Under the pieces are notes generated by a model, which did no database searches, was not told the origin of the DNA, and was given only the letters and a program-made list of their open reading frames with translations. Shown one piece after another: positions 1 to 10,498 of a stretch of DNA of 64,000 nt (the first letter of the stretch is position 1; each line of letters starts with the position of its first letter). Position numbers and translations under genes: made by a program. This DNA comes from an uncultured Acetobacteraceae bacterium. GTDB lineage: Bacteria > Pseudomonadota > Alphaproteobacteria > Acetobacterales > Acetobacteraceae. The stretch lies in the NCBI GenBank assembly GCA_943912335.1, contig CALTUD010000004.1, positions 74,115 to 138,114 on the forward strand. Reading direction: 5' to 3'.

Positions 1-1526
1 ACCGACGCGAAATCGTCGGACAGGCTCACGGGCGTCCGGAGCGACAGCACCGTGCCGGACGGCAGTACGTCTCCGGGCGGGATCGCGGCGCCCGCGCTGC
101 GCGCGAAGGCGCCGAGGCTGCCGATCATCGCATCCGACAGCAGCCGATCGGACGGTTCGGACAGGGCGTGGCCGGCGCCGTCCTGTCCGAAGACGAAGGC
201 GAGTTCTGCGGTATGCGGATCGCCGGGGGAGATGCCGGGCGCCATCGGCACCGGAAAATCGCGCACCGGGTCGTTCTGGCGGAATTCGGCCTGCAGCACC
301 GGAGCGTGCGGCGCCAGATTTGCGCGTAACGCCAGGGCCGGGCAGGCGAAGAACTCGTCCGTCAACACGGCGGCCAGGGTCTGCCCCGGCGATGCGTTCG
401 TCGTGGCCGGGTAGCGCTGTGCGATCAACTGCGCATCGGCGTCGCCGAACGCCGCGCGCAGCGTGGCCGCGTACTCCGTCGCCGTCAGCGCATGTCCCAG
501 CCGGTTCACGCCGTCGGCGATGAAGAAGGTTCCTTCGTCGCGATCGGTCAGCAGAACGGTCGGGACCGCCGCGAACGCACCGGTTTCCAGCGCCATGGCC
601 GGTGCGGTCGGGATCACCGCGCCGTCCACCACGGGGCCGACCGGCACGCCGCTCTTCAGCAGCGTGTCGACCGGTGCCGCGCGCAGACAGGCCAGCGTGT
701 CGTCGGCGTGCCGGCAGCCGGTCTCGTCAAGGATCGGCGCGTCCCGGCGTTCGGCGCGATCGAGCGATTCCGACGGCAGCGCGCCGGGGCTTTCGAGCGC
801 AACGGCCTAGAACAGGCCGCGCGCCGCTGGCGATACCATCTGTTCCACCACCGACAGCGCCCCGGCGGATTGGCCGAACAGCGTCACCCGATTCGGGTCG
901 CCACCGAACGCGGCCGCATTGGCGCGCACCCAGCGCAAGGCGGCCTGCTGGTCCAGCAGGCCGTAATTGCCGGAAACGTGTCGGGGGTCGGCGCGGTCCA
1001 GCAGCGGCGAGGCGAGGAAGCCCAGAACGCCAAGCCGGTAGTTCACCGTCACCACGATGGCATCGGCGCCTGTGGCCAGCCGGCCCCCGTCGTAATCCGG
1101 TCCCGCAGGGGCGCGGCCCGGCGCGCTGGCGCCGAACCGGAAACTGCCGCCGTAGAGGAACACCAGAACCGGTCGATGCGCCGGTCCGGGCCGGTCCGGC
1201 CGGAACAGGTTGAGGGTCAGGCAATCTTCGTTCGTGCTCGGCGTTCCCAGCGACGCGGTCTGGGGGCAGGCCGCGCCGTAGCGTGTGGCGGAAACGACGG
1301 CCCGATGCGCCGCGGGCGGGGCGGGCGGCGCGAAGCGGAGCGCTCCGACCGGGGGCGCCGCGAACGGAACGCCGAGAAACCGCGTCACCGTGCCGTCATC
1401 GGGACCCGTGACCGGACCTTCGCTGGTTTCGACCGGCGTTGCGTGCGCCGAGAATGGCGCCATCGCGAGCGGGACGAGGAAGACGACCGAGAGACAGGCC
1501 GGTCTCGCCAATGTCGGCACGCGCAT
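1..1526 (-). pseudogene. Carboxylesterase type B (para-nitrobenzyl esterase family), secreted, interrupted by an in-frame TAG at 807-809. The C-terminal half continues in frame to the window edge (partial gene).
   Basis: N-terminal 239 aa has a signal peptide and the FGGDPNRVTLFGQSAGA serine motif. Hand translation of the minus strand below the TAG continues as AVALESPGAL...GCRHADDTLACLRAAPVDTLL...VLLTDRDEGTFF (CLR and catalytic Glu motifs), so the reading frame is continuous apart from the stop. Confidence 0.65.
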
Positions 1527-1604
1527 CGGAACTCCATCGACGGTTGCCGGGCCTTGATGGTCGGCTTAGCCCGTACTGTCTGGAGCGAAGTGTAACGAAG
1601 CCGC

Positions 1605-2501
1605 TCAGGCGGATCTGCGACGGGACGATGCGGTCTTGGTTTTGCGTGAAGCGCCGGTCCGCCCGGCGGCTGCGGGCGATTTCGCCTTCCCGGCCTTCTT
1701 CGCTTTGCCGCCTTTTTTGTCGCCCAGGCTCTGGCGCAGAGCCGCCATCAGGTCGACCACGTTGCCGCGGTCTTCCTCCTCGTCCGGCAAGCTGAGATCC
1801 TCGCCTTTCAGCTTGGCCTCGATCACGTCGCGCAAACGTGCCTCGTAGCGATCTTCCATGTCGGCCGGATCGAATGTCGCCGTCTGGCGGTCGATCAGTT
1901 TCACCGCGAGCGCCACCATCTCCTTGTCCGGCGTGTCGTCGGGGATCGCGTCGAACAGCGTGTCCGGCGCTGCGATCTCGCGCATGTCGTGCAGCGTGTG
2001 CAGGACGATGCCCCTGCCCAGCGGCATCAGCGCCACGGCGCGCTCCCGCCGAGCGATGACGAGGCGAGACAGAGCGGTGCGTCCCGTCTTTGCGATCGCG
2101 GCGCGAAGCACAACGAACACGTCGTCTGCCTGGTTCTTCTCGGTGCCGTCCGGGACCAGGTAATAGGAGTTGTCGTAATAGACCGGGTCGATCGCGTCGC
2201 CGGGAACGAACTTCTCCACCGTCAGAACGGAGGAGCTGTCGATGCGGGCGCGCTCGAAATCGTCGTCGTCCAGCAGGACGTAATGATCTTTCTTGAACTC
2301 GAAGCCGCGTCGCAGCGAGCGGCGCGACAACTCCTCGTCCGTTTCCGAATCCTGCGTCACCATCCGCACGCGATTGCCGGTGTCGGGATTGATGAAGTGA
2401 AAATGGAGCGACTCGCTCGGCTGGCGGACGCTGTAGAGTGCCACGGGGCACGAAACGAGTGCCAAACGAAGCTGCCCGCGCCAGATGGGTCGTTCAGCCA
2501 T
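1605..2501 (-). CDS. ku: Ku protein (non-homologous end joining)
   Basis: MAERPIWRGQLRLALVSCPVALY N-terminus typical of bacterial Ku. ATG at 2499-2501. Overlaps the ligD stop by 8 nt. Lys-rich C-terminal tail. Confidence 0.85.
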   Translation of the reverse strand: MAERPIWRGQLRLALVSCPVALYSVRQPSESLHFHFINPDTGNRVRMVTQDSETDEELSRRSLRRGFEFKKDHYVLLDDDDFERARIDSSSVLTVEKFVPGDAIDPVYYDNSYYLVPDGTEKNQADDVFVVLRAAIAKTGRTALSRLVIARRERAVALMPLGRGIVLHTLHDMREIAAPDTLFDAIPDDTPDKEMVALAVKLIDRQTATFDPADMEDRYEARLRDVIEAKLKGEDLSLPDEEEDRGNVVDLMAALRQSLGDKKGGKAKKAGKAKSPAAAGRTGASRKTKTASSRRRSA

Positions 2502-5049
2502 GTTTACGTGCCCTTTTTTTGGACGGAGATTCAAGAGTCGGAAGATCACGTCTTGATGCGTCGAAATCTGCCCATGGATGGGCTTTCTGCCGTTTCAGTC
2601 GCTCCGGCACCGTCTGGATCGTATGCGCGTCGAAGCGCATGCCGGGCTTCAGTTCACGCCAGTGCAGCGGCGTCGCGACACCAGCGCCGGGGCGGGCACG
2701 CGGCGAGTACGAACACACGGCGGTACTGCCGAGACCGTTGCGAAGCCAGTCCACCAAGATGCGGCCCTTGCGGTCCTTCTTGCGTGTGGTGGCGACGTAG
2801 AGAGCAGGTTCGTCCTGTTCCATCCGTTCCGCGAACCGCCGGCACCAGACGCGCACCGTATCCCAATCGGCTGTCGTGCGGATCGGCGTGACCACATGCA
2901 GGCCCTTGCCGCCGGATGTGCGGCAGAAGGCGGTCAGTCCCAACGCCTTCAATCGTGCGCGGACGTCTTTCGCTGCCGCGACGATCTCCTTCGCGCCGAT
3001 GCCCTCGCCGGGGTCGAGGTCGAACACCAGACGGTCGGCATGCAGCGGATCGTCGCCGCCGGCGCCCCATGCGTGCAGTTCGATCGCGGCGATCTGGGCC
3101 GCCGCGACGAAACCGGTATCATCCTGCATCGCGACGAATGGCGCGCCATCCGCTTCGCCCTCTCGCAACGCGTCCGGCATGCCGCGGCCGAGATGTTTCT
3201 GGAAGAAATGGTCCCCTTCGATCCCGTCCGGGCAACGCACGAACGCGAGCGGCCGGCCGACGATCTCGGATGTGGCGTATGGCGCAACGGCCTGCCAGTA
3301 GAGGGCCAGATCGCGTTTGGTGATGGCCGGCCCGGTTTCGGTCTTCGGCCATAGCGCACGGTCCTGGTGCGTGAGGCGCTGTCCGTCGAACGTGTCCGTT
3401 TCTCGCACTTTGCCTTTTGCCACCACGACCGGGGAGCGAGGCCGTTCGGTATCGAGTTCTCGCCGGTCTTGTTCCACCTCCGGCGCGGCGCGCACCACCT
3501 CGGTAGCCGGCTTGTCCTCGCGCAAACCCAGGAAAGCGGCATGGCGCAGCATGCCGCCGCCGGTGAACCCTGCGAAACGGATCTCCGCCACCAGCTCCGG
3601 CCTGGTCCGGATCGTGCCGCGCGGCGGGGCTTCCGTGCCGAGCAGGGAAGGCGGCTGTTCCGTCCGGAGTGATTTGAGACGTTTCGACAGATCGGTCAGC
3701 ATGCGACCGGAGAATCCCGTGCCGCATCCACCGACGAAATGCAGCGCGCCGTCCGGATCGTGGAAACCGAGTTGCAGCGCGCCCAGACCGCGACGCGATC
3801 CTTTCGGCGGCGTGTAGCCGATCACCACGAATTCCTCGCGGTTCGCGCATTTCACCTTCACCCAGTCGTCGCCGCGCCCGGCGCGATAGGGCGCGCCTTC
3901 CCGCTTGCAGATGATGCCTTCGAGACCGATCGCGCAGGCTTCTTTCTGCACACGCGACGCCGTCTGCTCGAAATGCTCGCTGAAGCGCAGAAGCGTGTTC
4001 TCCGGCAGCAGCGATTCGAGCGCTGCGCGACGTTCGCGAAGCGGCAGCGGGCGAAGGTCGGCGCCGTCCCGATGCAGCAGATCGAAGGCGTAGTAGGTGA
4101 GTTTGCCGGTCTTGCCGGCGGACAGAGCGGATTGCAGCCGGGAGAAGGAAGAGCGGCCTTGCTTGTCCAGCGCCACCAGCTCGCCATCCAGCATCAGCGT
4201 GGTCGCGGGGAGCGTGGCGACCATGGCGGCGAGTTTGGGCAGACGATCGGTCCAGTCGAGGCCGTTGCGGGTGATGATCCGCACGTCGTCGCCATTCTTC
4301 CGGCACAGTATGCGATAGCCGTCGAACTTGATCTCGCTGATCCAGCCCGGGCCGGTGGGCGCCGTCTTCACCAGCCGGGCCAGTTGCGGCGCTTGGCTGT
4401 CCGGTAGCGTGTCGGAGCCGGTTTTGGGTTTGGCCGCACGGGAGCGGGGCGCGCTTTTTCTGGGCCAGCCGAGGGGCTTGGCCTCCAACGCCGCCGCGTC
4501 GGCGCCGGGTTGTGCCCGCTCGTCGCGCTCCTTGATCAGTAGCCAGCTTTCCCCGTTCTCGCGCCGTTTCGGCTTCAGCCGGACCAGCACGAACCCGCCA
4601 CGGAGCCGCTCGCCGTCGAGGGTGAATTTCAGCTCGCCCGCACCGAGCGCGGCTTCCGGGTCGTCCGAGACCGGCGACCATGTGCCGCGATCCCAGATCT
4701 CCACCGTGCCCGCGCCGTAATTGCCCTCGGGGATGGTGCCTTCGAACCCGGCATAGGAGACCGGATGATCCTCGACATGCATCGCCAGACGCTTATGCGC
4801 CGGGTCCATGGACGGGCCTTTGGGGACGGCCCAGCTCCAGAGCGCGCCGCCATGCTCGAGCCGGAAGTCCCAATGGAGGCGGGACGCGTCGTGTTTCTGC
4901 ACCACGAAGATCGGCTTTCCGGTCTGCTGACGCGATTCCGGTTCGAAATCCGGCTCGGGGGTTTGCCGGAAATCGCGCATCGCCCCGTAGCGCCTCGTGG
5001 CGTCGGTGTTGCTCGCAGCCTTTCGGGCGGGTTTGCGTGCCATTCGCAT
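2494..5049 (-). CDS. ligD: Multidomain ATP-dependent DNA ligase LigD (phosphoesterase, ligase, polymerase/primase order)
   Basis: N-terminal 3'-phosphoesterase motifs (RDFRQTPEP, HWDFRLE), ligase KxDG motif (EIKFDGYR), C-terminal Pol domain (GGKGLHVVTPI). Start is ambiguous (Met codons at 5124, 5088, 5049, 5043); 5049 chosen because it precedes the PE domain and avoids overlap with the divergent gene. Confidence 0.8.
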   Translation of the reverse strand: MRMARKPARKAASNTDATRRYGAMRDFRQTPEPDFEPESRQQTGKPIFVVQKHDASRLHWDFRLEHGGALWSWAVPKGPSMDPAHKRLAMHVEDHPVSYAGFEGTIPEGNYGAGTVEIWDRGTWSPVSDDPEAALGAGELKFTLDGERLRGGFVLVRLKPKRRENGESWLLIKERDERAQPGADAAALEAKPLGWPRKSAPRSRAAKPKTGSDTLPDSQAPQLARLVKTAPTGPGWISEIKFDGYRILCRKNGDDVRIITRNGLDWTDRLPKLAAMVATLPATTLMLDGELVALDKQGRSSFSRLQSALSAGKTGKLTYYAFDLLHRDGADLRPLPLRERRAALESLLPENTLLRFSEHFEQTASRVQKEACAIGLEGIICKREGAPYRAGRGDDWVKVKCANREEFVVIGYTPPKGSRRGLGALQLGFHDPDGALHFVGGCGTGFSGRMLTDLSKRLKSLRTEQPPSLLGTEAPPRGTIRTRPELVAEIRFAGFTGGGMLRHAAFLGLREDKPATEVVRAAPEVEQDRRELDTERPRSPVVVAKGKVRETDTFDGQRLTHQDRALWPKTETGPAITKRDLALYWQAVAPYATSEIVGRPLAFVRCPDGIEGDHFFQKHLGRGMPDALREGEADGAPFVAMQDDTGFVAAAQIAAIELHAWGAGGDDPLHADRLVFDLDPGEGIGAKEIVAAAKDVRARLKALGLTAFCRTSGGKGLHVVTPIRTTADWDTVRVWCRRFAERMEQDEPALYVATTRKKDRKGRILVDWLRNGLGSTAVCSYSPRARPGAGVATPLHWRELKPGMRFDAHTIQTVPERLKRQKAHPWADFDASRRDLPTLESPSKKRARKHG

Positions 5050-5108
5050 GCGGAACGTTCGCGGTTTCGAGGGGTTGCCCGGTTGCATGACGCCCCGGAC
5101 CGGGCAGG

Positions 5109-7352
5109 ATGCGCCCGTTCGCACTCGGACCTGAGGATGCCGCCTTGGACCACCTGCCAGAGACCTCCCTCCCGCACGACGAAGCCACTGCCGCGCGTCC
5201 GCCTCAGGACGGGTATCCGGTCGGCGCCAGTGCGATCCTGGCCGACCGGCGCCTCCATACGCTGAAATTCGGCGATCTGTTCGGGGTGTTCGACGGCACC
5301 GGCAACATCCTGACCGGTCCCGGCATCGCCGACGGGCTGTATTACCTCGACACCCGCCATCTCTCGTCGCTGTCGCTGTCGATCGCCGGGCAGCCGCCGA
5401 TCCTGCTCAGCGCCACCCTGCGGGAGAACAACGCCACGCTGAGCTGCGACCTCACCAACCCCGATCTGGTGCTGGACGGGCGCAAGGTCGATCACGACCT
5501 GCTGCATGTGCGGCGGACGCTGTTTCTGCGGCAGCAGACCTCGTTCGAGCGCATCCAGGTGCGCAATTACGACGTGGAGGAGCGCACGCTGACGGTGGAG
5601 ATCCGCTTCGCCGCCGATTTCGTCGATCTGTTCGAGGTGAGGGGCACGCCGCGCGCCAAGCACGGCCAGATGCGCCCGGCCGCGATCGACGGCGACACGG
5701 TTCTGCTGGGCTACGAGGGGCTGGACGAGCGACTGCGCACCACCCGTCTGCGCTTCGCACCGATGCCGGACCGGATCACCGCCGACAGCGCCTCGTTCAC
5801 CCTCACGCTCAAGCCGGGTCAGCGCCAGCTGATCCATGTGGAGGTGAGCTGCAATCCGGTCTCGAAGCCGGAACGGGGCGTCGCGGAGAGCTTCCTCTAC
5901 TCGCTGGTGGAGGCCAGGCGCGGCCTGCGCGTCTCGTCGTCGCGGGCGGCGGCGATCGCGTCTTCCAACGAGATCTTCAACGAGGCCATCCGTCGCTGCA
6001 TCTGCGACATCTACATGCTGCTGACGGAGAAGCCGGAAGGGCCCTACCCCTATGCCGGCGTGCCCTGGTACTCCACCGCCTTCGGCCGCGATGCGCTGAT
6101 CACCGCGTTGCAATGCCTATGGCTCGATCCGGCGATCGCGCACGGGGTCCTGAACTATCTGGCCCGGCATCAGGCCGACAAGGTCGATCCGGTTGCCGAT
6201 GCCGAGCCCGGCAAGATCCTGCACGAGGTGCGTCATGGCGAGATGGCGCAGCTGGGCGAGGTCCCGTTCCGGCACTATTACGGCAGTGTCGACTCCACGC
6301 CGCTCTTCGTGATGCTGGCCGGGGAATATCTCGACCGCACCGGCGACGTGGCCACGGTCGCGACTTTGTGGCCGCATATCGAGCGCGCGATCGGCTGGAT
6401 CGAGAACTACGGCGACCGCGACGGCGACGGGTTCGTGGAATACGGCCGCCGCAACAAGGACGGTCTGGTGAATCAGGGCTGGAAGGACAGCTTCGATTCC
6501 GTGTTCCATGCCGACGGCACGCTGGCCGAGGGGCCGATCGCCTTGTGCGAGGTGCAGGGCTACGTTTATGCCGCGCGGCGTGCCGCGGCTGCCATCGCGC
6601 AACGCATCGGGCACACGGCCTTCGCCGAGCGCATGACCGAGGCGGCCGAGCGCCTGCGCGTGGCGTTCAACTCCCGTTTCTGGATCGAGGAGCTCGGCAC
6701 CTACGCGATCGCGCTCGACGGCAAGAAGCAGCCTTGTGCCGTGCGATCCTCCAATGCCGGGCATCTGCTGTTCTGCGGCATCGTGCCGCCCGATCGTGCG
6801 GCACGCATCGTGTCCGGGCTGATGGGGCGCAACTTCTTTTCCGGCTGGGGCATCCGCACCATTCCGGCCGGCGAGGCGCGCTACAACCCGATGGCGTACC
6901 ATAACGGCTCGGTCTGGCCGCACGACAACGCCATCATTGCGCTCGGACTGGCGCGTTACGGTTTCAAGGACGAGGCGGCGCGTGTCTTCGGCGGCCTGTT
7001 CGACGCGGCGCTCTATGCCGATCTGCGCCGTCTGCCGGAACTGTTCTGCGGTTTCGCCCGGCAGCGTGGCGAGGGGCCGGTGAAGTATCCGGTGGCGTGT
7101 TCGCCGCAGGCCTGGGCTGCGGCGACCGTCCCCTCGCTGATGCAGGCCTCTCTCGGCATTCGCTTCGATCCGTTCACCGTCACCGTGCATTTCGAACGGC
7201 CGCGTCTGCCGCCGTTCTTGGACGAGGTGACGCTCTACAACCTGTCCGTGGGTGGGGCGAAGGTGACCGTGCATCTGCAGCGCGTCGGCACCGAGGTGGC
7301 GCTGAACGTGATCGAGCGTGATGGACCGATCAAGGTGCAGCTCACGAGCTGA
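5109..7352 (+). CDS. Amylo-alpha-1,6-glucosidase / glycogen-debranching-enzyme family protein (bacterial GDE N- and C-domains)
   Basis: 747-aa ORF with GDE-like motifs (HGEMAQLGEVPFRHYYGSVDSTPLFVMLAGEY; YHNGSVWPHDN). Divergent from ligD. Confidence 0.7.
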   Translation: MRPFALGPEDAALDHLPETSLPHDEATAARPPQDGYPVGASAILADRRLHTLKFGDLFGVFDGTGNILTGPGIADGLYYLDTRHLSSLSLSIAGQPPILLSATLRENNATLSCDLTNPDLVLDGRKVDHDLLHVRRTLFLRQQTSFERIQVRNYDVEERTLTVEIRFAADFVDLFEVRGTPRAKHGQMRPAAIDGDTVLLGYEGLDERLRTTRLRFAPMPDRITADSASFTLTLKPGQRQLIHVEVSCNPVSKPERGVAESFLYSLVEARRGLRVSSSRAAAIASSNEIFNEAIRRCICDIYMLLTEKPEGPYPYAGVPWYSTAFGRDALITALQCLWLDPAIAHGVLNYLARHQADKVDPVADAEPGKILHEVRHGEMAQLGEVPFRHYYGSVDSTPLFVMLAGEYLDRTGDVATVATLWPHIERAIGWIENYGDRDGDGFVEYGRRNKDGLVNQGWKDSFDSVFHADGTLAEGPIALCEVQGYVYAARRAAAAIAQRIGHTAFAERMTEAAERLRVAFNSRFWIEELGTYAIALDGKKQPCAVRSSNAGHLLFCGIVPPDRAARIVSGLMGRNFFSGWGIRTIPAGEARYNPMAYHNGSVWPHDNAIIALGLARYGFKDEAARVFGGLFDAALYADLRRLPELFCGFARQRGEGPVKYPVACSPQAWAAATVPSLMQASLGIRFDPFTVTVHFERPRLPPFLDEVTLYNLSVGGAKVTVHLQRVGTEVALNVIERDGPIKVQLTS

Positions 7353-7362
7353 TCATGCGCGG

Positions 7363-7395
7363 GAGGCGGTTCGCCCCAAGCTGGATCGCCTCCCG
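7363..7395 (+). terminator. GC-rich hairpin (GGGAGGCG...CGCCTCCC) 10 nt downstream of the GDE gene stop; possible terminator without a U-tract
   Basis: 8-bp perfect inverted repeat seen directly; no T-run follows. Confidence 0.3.
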
Positions 7396-7508
7396 ACCCG
7401 GATGATGGTCATCGAGCACACGACGGAGTGAACGGGGCGTTTCCGGCAAAACGCGTGGAATGAGCGGCGGATCGTCCTATCGTCCTTCCAAAAGAACGGG
7501 AGGCGGAC

Positions 7509-7937
7509 ATGACGATCGCATCGATCCTCGCCAACAAGAGCGCGACCACGATCAAGGTGGAAGCGGACACGCCGATCGGGGATGTCACGCGCATCCTCTA
7601 TGAGAACAATATCGGCGCAGTTCTGGTGATGCGGGACGGGGAACTGCTCGGCTTCCTGTCCGATCGCGGCATCACCCGGGCGATGGCGCAGAACCCGAAC
7701 GGGGTGCGCGCCATGCCGGCGGAAGCGGCGATGCGGCCCAGGCAGTTCGAGACCACGCCCTCCAGCAGCATTGAGGATGCGATGCGTCTGATGACCGATC
7801 ACCGCGTGCGCTATCTGCCGGTGTTCGAGGATGGCGCCCTGGTCGGCATCGTCTCGATCGGCGACGTGGTGAAGGCGCTGCTGGATCGGCAGACGGCCAC
7901 GGTGGAAAGCCTGACGGCTTATATCTCTCAGAACTGA
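7509..7937 (+). CDS. CBS-domain protein
   Basis: 142 aa with tandem CBS-pair pattern (GAVLVMRDGELLGFLSDRGI ... VRYLPVFEDGALVGIVSIGDVV). Confidence 0.8.
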   Translation: MTIASILANKSATTIKVEADTPIGDVTRILYENNIGAVLVMRDGELLGFLSDRGITRAMAQNPNGVRAMPAEAAMRPRQFETTPSSSIEDAMRLMTDHRVRYLPVFEDGALVGIVSIGDVVKALLDRQTATVESLTAYISQN

Positions 7938-8036
7938 CCGAGCGACCCGTCCCGGGGTGATCCGCACGGGAGCCGGATGTGGATGGTCGCATCCGGCTCG
8001 GCATGGCGGCTCTGCGCCGACCGGAAGAATGCGCAT

Positions 8037-8064
8037 TTGACATAGTGTTTCCTTGCACTAAATA
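8037..8064 (+). promoter_or_regulatory. Putative sigma-70-like promoter (TTGACA, 16-nt spacer, TAAATA) upstream of the TonB-dependent receptor gene
   Basis: Sequence read directly in a locally AT-rich stretch. The -10 element is weak. Confidence 0.3.
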
Positions 8065-8097
8065 CGTCATGCGATGATGTTATACATAAACACACCT

Positions 8098-10254
8098 ATG
8101 ATGCGTGGAATCGTGGCGGGAGCGGCGATGCTGATGCTGCCTGCCGTCGCCATGGGGCAGCAGGGGCTGCCAGCCGACACGCTCTTGTCCAAGCCGACCG
8201 GCAAGCAGAAGCAGGGATCTCGGCACTCGAAATCGGCCGCCGCGCCGCAGCAGCCGGAAACGGTGACGGTGACCGGCCAATCGGTGTCCCGACGGGTTGA
8301 AGGTGGTGCGCTGGGAACACGGTCCGACCTGGATACGCCTTTCTCGGCGCATACGGTGACGGCGGCCGAGTTGCAGGATCGTCAGGTGAAATCGTTGGCG
8401 CGCGTCTTTTCCCAGGATGCGTCCGTGGTGGCGAATGGCGACACCTATTCTTTCAATTCCTATTCGCAGACCGTGCGCGGCGTGCCGCTGGACGACTACA
8501 ATTCCTACAGGATCAACGGCGATCCGTTCTATATGACGACGGTGGAGCTGCCGTTGGAATCGTTCGAGGCGGTCCAGCTTCTCAAGGGCGCGTCCGGCTT
8601 CATGTATGGTTTCAACGCTCCTGGCGGCCTGATCAATTACGAGACCAAGAAGCCGACGGATCACCGTTTCACCAGCGCGGATCTCGGCTATTCATCGGAT
8701 GGTGTCTTCCAGCAGCACGTCGACACCGGCGGCCGTCTGCTCAACAACGTGTTCGGCTATCGGCTCAATCTGACGCATGAGCAAGGCCAGACCTACAACG
8801 GTTCGAACGTGCGACGTTATTCCGGATCGCTCGGCCTCGATGCGCGCATCACCGACGATCTGCTCTGGTACGGCAATCTGATCTACCAGGATCGCCGTGT
8901 CCGTGGCGGCGTCCAGGATTTCTATATCGGGGATCCGAACACATACACGGGCGGGCTGCCGAAAGCGATCAGCGGCACGACCAATCTTTCCGGCTATCCC
9001 GATCTGTTCTTCGACTCGCATGTCTTCTACGGACAAACCGGGTTGCGTTGGACCCTCTCACCGAACTGGTCGGCGCATGTGGACTACAGCAACAGCCGTG
9101 ACTGGCGCTCCTATAAATCGGAGTGGCAACCTCTGGACAACCGGAACGGTGACTACCAGGTCGCGCTGGATACCGATCCGCGCTCCTGGTCGCAGTACAA
9201 CCAGGTGCAGGCAATCGTCGAAGGGCATTTCCATACCTGGAGCGTGGAACATCAGCTCGTGCTCGGCGCAAGCTGGCAGGGTCTGAACAAGTATCTGCCG
9301 AACAACAACCTTTCGGACGTTCCGATCGGTCCGGAAAACCTGTATCGGCCGGTGATCATCCACGATTATCCGAGCCCGTTCGACAACACGGTGTTCCGCT
9401 CCTTCCATTCCGATCAGGAGGGCGTGTTCGCGAGCGACACGATGACGCTCGGCAAGGTCTCCCTTCTGGGCGGTGTTCGCTTCACCGATTATTTCGAAGA
9501 AGACTACGACGGGCAGGGCGGCAAGACGGCCTATACAGAGACGCCGATCACGCCGGTCGCAGCACTTCTGTATCATCCCTGGCGCGATACCACCCTGTAC
9601 GCGAGCTATGTTCAGGCCCTGCAGAGCGGGGGCACCGTCGCGGACAGCTACGTCAATGCCCGTGCCACGCTTCCGGTCGTGATGTCCGACCAGATCGAGG
9701 TGGGTGCCAAGCTCGAACGTCGCCGCTGGTCGCTCTCCGCTGCGATCTATCGGATCGAAGCCGGCGCGCAGTATGCGAACAGCGCCAACGTCTATGTCTC
9801 GAACGGCACGCAACGCTACGAGGGGATCGAGGTGAACGGGCATATGTCGCTGCCGCTCGGTCTGGTTCTGACCAACAACATCGCCTTCGAGCGCGCGACC
9901 TATCTGAAGACCGATCCCGACATCCAGGGGAAATCGGTGGAAGGCGTTCCCGGCGTACAGGACACGGTTCAGTTGACGGAGAATTTCAGCGCGGTGCCCG
10001 GTCTCAGCACCACGGCGGAAGTGCATGTCACCAAGCGGATGTGGGGCGATGATTTCAATACCTACCATATCCCATCGACGACGCTGTTGAACTTGCGCGC
10101 CAGCTACAAGTTCACGGCGGATCGTCACCCGGTCACCTTGCGCGCCGAACTCGATAACGTCGCCAATCTGCATTACTGGGGTTATCTGGCTTCGGATTAT
10201 TTCTTCGTCGGACCGCCGCGCACGCTGTTCCTGAACGCCAGCGTAGGGTTCTGA
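8098..10254 (+). CDS. TonB-dependent outer-membrane receptor (siderophore/metal uptake type)
   Basis: Signal peptide MMRGIVAGAAMLMLPAVAMG, plug and beta-barrel pattern, C-terminal aromatic (…NASVGF). About 720 aa. Confidence 0.85.
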   Translation: MMRGIVAGAAMLMLPAVAMGQQGLPADTLLSKPTGKQKQGSRHSKSAAAPQQPETVTVTGQSVSRRVEGGALGTRSDLDTPFSAHTVTAAELQDRQVKSLARVFSQDASVVANGDTYSFNSYSQTVRGVPLDDYNSYRINGDPFYMTTVELPLESFEAVQLLKGASGFMYGFNAPGGLINYETKKPTDHRFTSADLGYSSDGVFQQHVDTGGRLLNNVFGYRLNLTHEQGQTYNGSNVRRYSGSLGLDARITDDLLWYGNLIYQDRRVRGGVQDFYIGDPNTYTGGLPKAISGTTNLSGYPDLFFDSHVFYGQTGLRWTLSPNWSAHVDYSNSRDWRSYKSEWQPLDNRNGDYQVALDTDPRSWSQYNQVQAIVEGHFHTWSVEHQLVLGASWQGLNKYLPNNNLSDVPIGPENLYRPVIIHDYPSPFDNTVFRSFHSDQEGVFASDTMTLGKVSLLGGVRFTDYFEEDYDGQGGKTAYTETPITPVAALLYHPWRDTTLYASYVQALQSGGTVADSYVNARATLPVVMSDQIEVGAKLERRRWSLSAAIYRIEAGAQYANSANVYVSNGTQRYEGIEVNGHMSLPLGLVLTNNIAFERATYLKTDPDIQGKSVEGVPGVQDTVQLTENFSAVPGLSTTAEVHVTKRMWGDDFNTYHIPSTTLLNLRASYKFTADRHPVTLRAELDNVANLHYWGYLASDYFFVGPPRTLFLNASVGF

Positions 10255-10498
10255 AGACGCCTCGAAAGGCACGATCCGCCCCCGGAGAGGAACCTGCTCT
10301 GCCCTGTGGGGTCCGGCCGGACCGCGCCATGACGGCCGTTCCGATCCGGATCCCCGGGACGCCGTTCCTGGCCCTGTGATTCGAACCGGTTGCCCGCGTC
10401 CTGCCGCGCGGCGCTCGCGGAGGGCGGTTCGTATCTTGCCCGGCGCCTCGGGCCGGCACACCATCGCCGCTTCCGACGCTCCGGAGTGTTCCGTTTTG

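Noticed and set aside
492-1595. 367-aa plus-strand ORF
   Set aside because: Antisense to the carboxylesterase; Arg/Ala-rich translation typical of high-GC frame noise.
3119-4681. 520-aa minus ORF, together with 2578..3354 (+) and 3739..4407 (+) and others
   Set aside because: Alternative frames within or opposite ligD; compositionally biased with no domain signatures.
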